Shown: positions 60,251-64,000 of the stretch, in pieces
Numbering within the stretch: position 1 is the stretch's first letter
Layout: each line of letters begins with the position of its first letter
From: Candidatus Bathyarchaeum tardum
GTDB taxonomy: Archaea > Thermoproteota > Bathyarchaeia > Bathyarchaeales > Bathyarchaeaceae
NCBI GenBank assembly: GCA_024650005.2
Contig: CP122380.1
Location: 672,001 to 736,000 of the forward strand
Direction: 5' to 3'
Length of the DNA: 64,000 nt
Made by a program: the position numbers and the translations under genes
Notes under the pieces: generated by a model
Seen by the model: only the letters and a program-made list of their open reading frames with translations
What the model was told of the DNA's origin: nothing
Databases searched by the model: none

Positions 60251-60762
60251 AAGAATATGCACTTAAAGGAGTAAAAGCGTATCCAATTAACATTTTACCT
60301 GACGAACGCGGATTTTTCAGTGAAGCTTTAAGAACAGACTGGAAAGAATTTCTTGAAGACGAACAAGTAAACCAAATAAACTTGAGTTACAGTTATCCTA
60401 ACATTGTCCGTGCATGGCACAAGCACACACGAGGTCAAATTGACCACTTTTTAGTAGTTCAAGGGGCAATGAAAATCTGTGCCTACGATGAAAAAACTGG
60501 AAAAATGGCTGAAGTTGTTGCAAGCGGCAAAAAACCAACAGTAGTGCGAATACCTGGACAATACTTGCACGGAACAAAAACGGTAAGCAATGAACCGTCA
60601 TTGCTTGTGTATTTTGTTAACCGACTGTATGACTACAACAATCCTGATGAGCTTCGTGTAGCATGGAATGACCCCTGTGTAGTTCCTACAGAAATAAATG
60701 GCAAAAAAAATGATCCCCGTGTAGGCAAACCTTGGGACTGGTATCAATCACCAAACAAATAG
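60247..60762 (+). CDS. rmlC: dTDP-4-dehydrorhamnose 3,5-epimerase family
   Basis: DERGFFSE and VRAWHKH cupin motifs. Confidence 0.88.
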   Translation: MKEYALKGVKAYPINILPDERGFFSEALRTDWKEFLEDEQVNQINLSYSYPNIVRAWHKHTRGQIDHFLVVQGAMKICAYDEKTGKMAEVVASGKKPTVVRIPGQYLHGTKTVSNEPSLLVYFVNRLYDYNNPDELRVAWNDPCVVPTEINGKKNDPRVGKPWDWYQSPNK

Positions 60763-61790
60763 TTGGGGTATACTTGAACATTTTAGTAACTGGCGGAGCA
60801 GGGTACATCGGCTCAGTTATGAGCAGAATCCTCCTAGAAAAAGGCTACAACGTAACCGTTCTTGATCGCCTATTCTTCGGAACCGACTCGTTAAAAGAGG
60901 TAGCTGACCAAATAACCATTGTTAAAGATGACATCCGATTTTTTGACCCAAAACTCCTAGAAAATATTGATGCAGTCTTTGATTTGGCGGCTCTTTCTAA
61001 CGACCCCTGTGGTGAACTTGACCAACAAAAAACCTTGGAAATAAACTACAAAGGACGTGTTCGCGTAGCAAATCTTGCAAAAAAATATAACATCAAAAAA
61101 TACGTTTTTGCAAGCACCTGCAGTGTTTATGGTTTCCAAGATGAAATAATAAACGAAGAATCCGATTTGAATCCATTAACAACTTATGCAAAAGCTAGTG
61201 TGCTCGCAGAAAAAGAAATTATACCCCTTTTTGACAAAAATTTTTCACCAACTGTTCTGAGACAAGCTACAGTTTATGGATTTTCACACAGAATGCGCTT
61301 TGACTTAGCAATCAACGGAATGACATTAGGCTATTACAAAAATGGAAAAATTCCAATAATGCGTGACGGCAAACAATGGAGACCTTTCGTTAACATAAAA
61401 GATACTTCATGTGCGTTTATTAAGGTCTTAGAAACAGAACCTGAATTGGTTAGTGGGCAAATCTTTAACGTTGGAAGCAATGATCAGAACATACAAATTT
61501 TTGACCTAGCCAAACTGGTCGCCGAAGCATGTGACCTGCCCTTTAATTATGAATGGTATGGTGACTGTGACACCCGAAGTTATCGAGTGAGCTTCAACAA
61601 AATCAAAGATGCCTTGAATTTCAAACCTGAAACAACAATTAAACAAGGGGCAAAAAACGTGTTTAATGCTCTTAACAGCGGGACATTAAATCCAGATGAC
61701 CCGAGGATGATAACTGTCAAGTGGTATAAACATCTTTTAGAAATGCAAGAATTCCTTAAGTCAACAGAAATAGATGGCGTTTTATTATGA
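60732..61790 (+). CDS. NAD-dependent nucleotide-sugar epimerase/dehydratase (extended SDR)
   Basis: TGGAGYIG, LAALSNDP and STCSVYG motifs; the start is probably the TTG at about 60774. Confidence 0.85.
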   Translation: MGLVSITKQIVGVYLNILVTGGAGYIGSVMSRILLEKGYNVTVLDRLFFGTDSLKEVADQITIVKDDIRFFDPKLLENIDAVFDLAALSNDPCGELDQQKTLEINYKGRVRVANLAKKYNIKKYVFASTCSVYGFQDEIINEESDLNPLTTYAKASVLAEKEIIPLFDKNFSPTVLRQATVYGFSHRMRFDLAINGMTLGYYKNGKIPIMRDGKQWRPFVNIKDTSCAFIKVLETEPELVSGQIFNVGSNDQNIQIFDLAKLVAEACDLPFNYEWYGDCDTRSYRVSFNKIKDALNFKPETTIKQGAKNVFNALNSGTLNPDDPRMITVKWYKHLLEMQEFLKSTEIDGVLL

Positions 61791-62641
61791 AAATAGCAAT
61801 TATCGGTTCAAACGGACAATTAGGCACTGATTTAGTGAAAATTTTCGAAACTAATCATGAAGTTGTTCCTTTAACTCATAAAGACATTGAAGTAGCTGAT
61901 TATGCCAGTTGTATGGTTTTGAAAAAACATCAACCTGATGTTATCGTAAACACTGCAGCTTTCCATAAAACAGACCAATGTGAAGAGGATTCACTGAAAA
62001 CTTTTTCTGTAAACACATTAGGTGCAAGAAATATTGCGACAATTTCCAAAGAAATCAATGCGATTTCTGTGTACATAAGTACTGACTACATTTTTAATGG
62101 GAAAAAAAACAAACCCTACGCTGAAAAAGATATCCCTAAACCAATAAACACTTATGGAATCTCAAAACTAGCGGGAGAATGTTTCACAAGTCAAAACCCA
62201 AAACACTACATCTTAAGAATAGCCAGCGTATTCGGACAAGCAGGAGCTAGCGGCAAAGGCGGAAACTTTGTGGAAACAATGATAACCAAAGCAAAAAACA
62301 ACGATCCTATAGCTGTTGTTGACGATATGTGGATGAGCCCTACATACACCAAAGATGCTGGGGAAATATTGAAAGGAATGTTGGAACTGAAAATTCCTTT
62401 TGGTGTGTACCATGCAACAAACGAGGGATATTGTTCATGGTATCAGTTTGCCCAAGAAATCTTTCGATTAACTGGATTGACTCCTGATATAAAACCAATA
62501 AAAACAGACCCTAATTATGGAAAAGCCAAACGCCCAGTATTCTCGGGGTTAACAAGTACAAAACTTTGTAAACACAAGTTAGAACCAAGAAACTGGAAAA
62601 AAGCCCTTAACGCATATTTAGTTGAAAAGGGACACATCTAA
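61787..62641 (+). CDS. rmlD: dTDP-4-dehydrorhamnose reductase
   Basis: GSNGQLG, ISTDYIF, YGISKLAGE, SPTYT and AKRP motifs. Confidence 0.92.
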   Translation: MKIAIIGSNGQLGTDLVKIFETNHEVVPLTHKDIEVADYASCMVLKKHQPDVIVNTAAFHKTDQCEEDSLKTFSVNTLGARNIATISKEINAISVYISTDYIFNGKKNKPYAEKDIPKPINTYGISKLAGECFTSQNPKHYILRIASVFGQAGASGKGGNFVETMITKAKNNDPIAVVDDMWMSPTYTKDAGEILKGMLELKIPFGVYHATNEGYCSWYQFAQEIFRLTGLTPDIKPIKTDPNYGKAKRPVFSGLTSTKLCKHKLEPRNWKKALNAYLVEKGHI

Positions 62642-62677
62642 AAAGAACAATTGTAACAATCTTGTGGGGAATCACAA

Positions 62678-63631
62678 TTGCATATTGCTCAGATAGGAAC
62701 TGGAAGAGTAGGGCGACCAACTGCATATACAATTTTATGTTCAGAATTAGCAGATAAAATAACTGTTTGTGACATAAAACCCGGACTGGCAACAGCTTTT
62801 GCTGAAGAACTAAAACACGTAACAGCCAGCCTGAAATTAGATGTAAAAATAACCGCCTGTGAAGCCGATGAAGAAGTGTCTGATGCTGACGTTGTTGTTG
62901 TTTCTGTTGGAAAACCTAGAACTCCAGGCGTTACGATGACTCGACGAGATTTAGCAGTACAAAACGGATCAATCATAAAACACGTTGCCAAGTCCTTAAC
63001 TGCAAATAATCCGAATGCTAAACATGTTATAATAACAAACCCTGTTGACGCTATGGCTATGGTTTACAAAAAATATTCCAACGCAAAATTTGTGATCAGC
63101 ACAGGAACTAATCTAGAAACTTTAAGGTTTAAATCCGGATTAGCTACTTCATTTAACATACCTGTCACATCTGTTGAAGGTTATGTTGGAGGGGAACACG
63201 GGACAAATGCAACAATTCTCTGGTCAACCGTAAAAATCAACAGATTGCCCTTGGATGAGTATATGCAAAAAACCAAAAAACGTCTTATCAAGGACGAAAT
63301 TGACTCATACGTAAAATCCGTTTCAAAACTTATTGTAGATAACATAGGTGGAACAGAATTTGGACCTGCAGCCGCATTTAGAGACATAATTCGAGCAATA
63401 GTAATGGACACTAACGAAATTTTGCCCATTGCTTCATCAACAACTGTTGATGGATTACCCGAACCTGTATTTATAAGTGTGCCACTTCAATTAGGGCGTT
63501 CAATTGGGTATTCATTATATGACAAACTTTCGACCCAAGAAAAAATCGGATTAAAAGATGCAGCAAAAGCAATATACCAAACATACAAAACCACAATTAG
63601 TGCATTAGAAAAACAACACCAAAATTGCTGA
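62678..63631 (+). CDS. LDH/MDH family dehydrogenase (MDH-like Arg at the specificity position)
   Basis: GTGRVG, KPRTPG...RRDL, ITNPVD and GEHG motifs. Confidence 0.85.
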   Translation: MHIAQIGTGRVGRPTAYTILCSELADKITVCDIKPGLATAFAEELKHVTASLKLDVKITACEADEEVSDADVVVVSVGKPRTPGVTMTRRDLAVQNGSIIKHVAKSLTANNPNAKHVIITNPVDAMAMVYKKYSNAKFVISTGTNLETLRFKSGLATSFNIPVTSVEGYVGGEHGTNATILWSTVKINRLPLDEYMQKTKKRLIKDEIDSYVKSVSKLIVDNIGGTEFGPAAAFRDIIRAIVMDTNEILPIASSTTVDGLPEPVFISVPLQLGRSIGYSLYDKLSTQEKIGLKDAAKAIYQTYKTTISALEKQHQNC

Positions 63632-63849
63632 TGGAACTTTTGGTTACTTAGTTAGTAACAGAACCAAACAAAATGACAACTTGCATTTTTCAACACGGAT
63701 AAGTCTAGACAAATTTACTGATGTGCTATTAACTGTAGCTCGTGATTATGAGCAAAAAGCATTTGATTTTACGGTCCACTGAATAAACATCTATAATTAA
63801 ATTCGATATTACTTTATATTTGGAAAAGAGAAGTTTAAACGATTAAAAC

Positions 63850-64000
63850 ATGAAGACTAATATTTTCGCTAAAAAAATCCGGCTTCTAGGCACATTAGCA
63901 GTTTTAATAGTTATTTTAATGGCTCAAACAAACTTAGTGACGGTCAGGGCACAAGATTCAACTGTACCAGTAATTTATATTATTTCTCCTGAATCCACTA
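63850..64000 (+). CDS. Secreted protein, N-terminal part only
   Basis: MKTNIFAKKIRLLGTLAVLIVILMAQTNLVTVRAQDSTVPVIYIISPEST, open to the window end; GAAAAG...TTTAAA promoter-like sequence upstream. Confidence 0.6.
   Translation, partial: MKTNIFAKKIRLLGTLAVLIVILMAQTNLVTVRAQDSTVPVIYIISPEST

Noticed and set aside
222-63429. Many short ORFs antisense to or nested in long genes
   Set aside because: They overlap well-supported genes and show no independent motifs.

Overview
64 kb of AT-rich archaeal chromosome, most likely Bathyarchaeia. This assignment is inference from the tfb-gar1-srp19-rps8e block, SMC-ScpAB, an Mvh hydrogenase, PEF-CTERM surface proteins and archaeal initiator tRNA-Met. The left part is energy and cofactor metabolism: LplA, K+-independent H+-PPase, P2A ATPase, LipS2/LipS1 lipoyl synthase with GcvH, a CoA-disulfide-reductase-like flavoprotein, MvhG/MvhA, bacterial-type GAPDH with archaeal PGK, and SerB. 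The middle holds core information genes and a GlpA-like oxidoreductase triad. A ~4.9 kb integrase-less island at the tRNA-iMet 3' end carries an IS, a repeat-expanded PEF-CTERM protein and secreted orphans. Then come tusA-iscS-iscU, an accessory stress region with pseudogenes, and a dTDP-sugar cluster. The most striking unannotated signal is a pair of adjacent micro-ORFs at 48744-48910, each with a strong Shine-Dalgarno, encoding one extremely acidic Trp-punctuated 21-aa peptide and one extremely basic 17-18-aa peptide. Other notable items: a proline-rich small ORF upstream of cspA, a Cren7-like/coiled-coil fusion, a structured leader in the island, and a lipoyl-carrier/flavoprotein/hydrogenase neighbourhood with no classical lipoate-dependent enzyme. 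No CRISPR array or rRNA was seen. All family assignments come from motif recognition by eye, not database searches.
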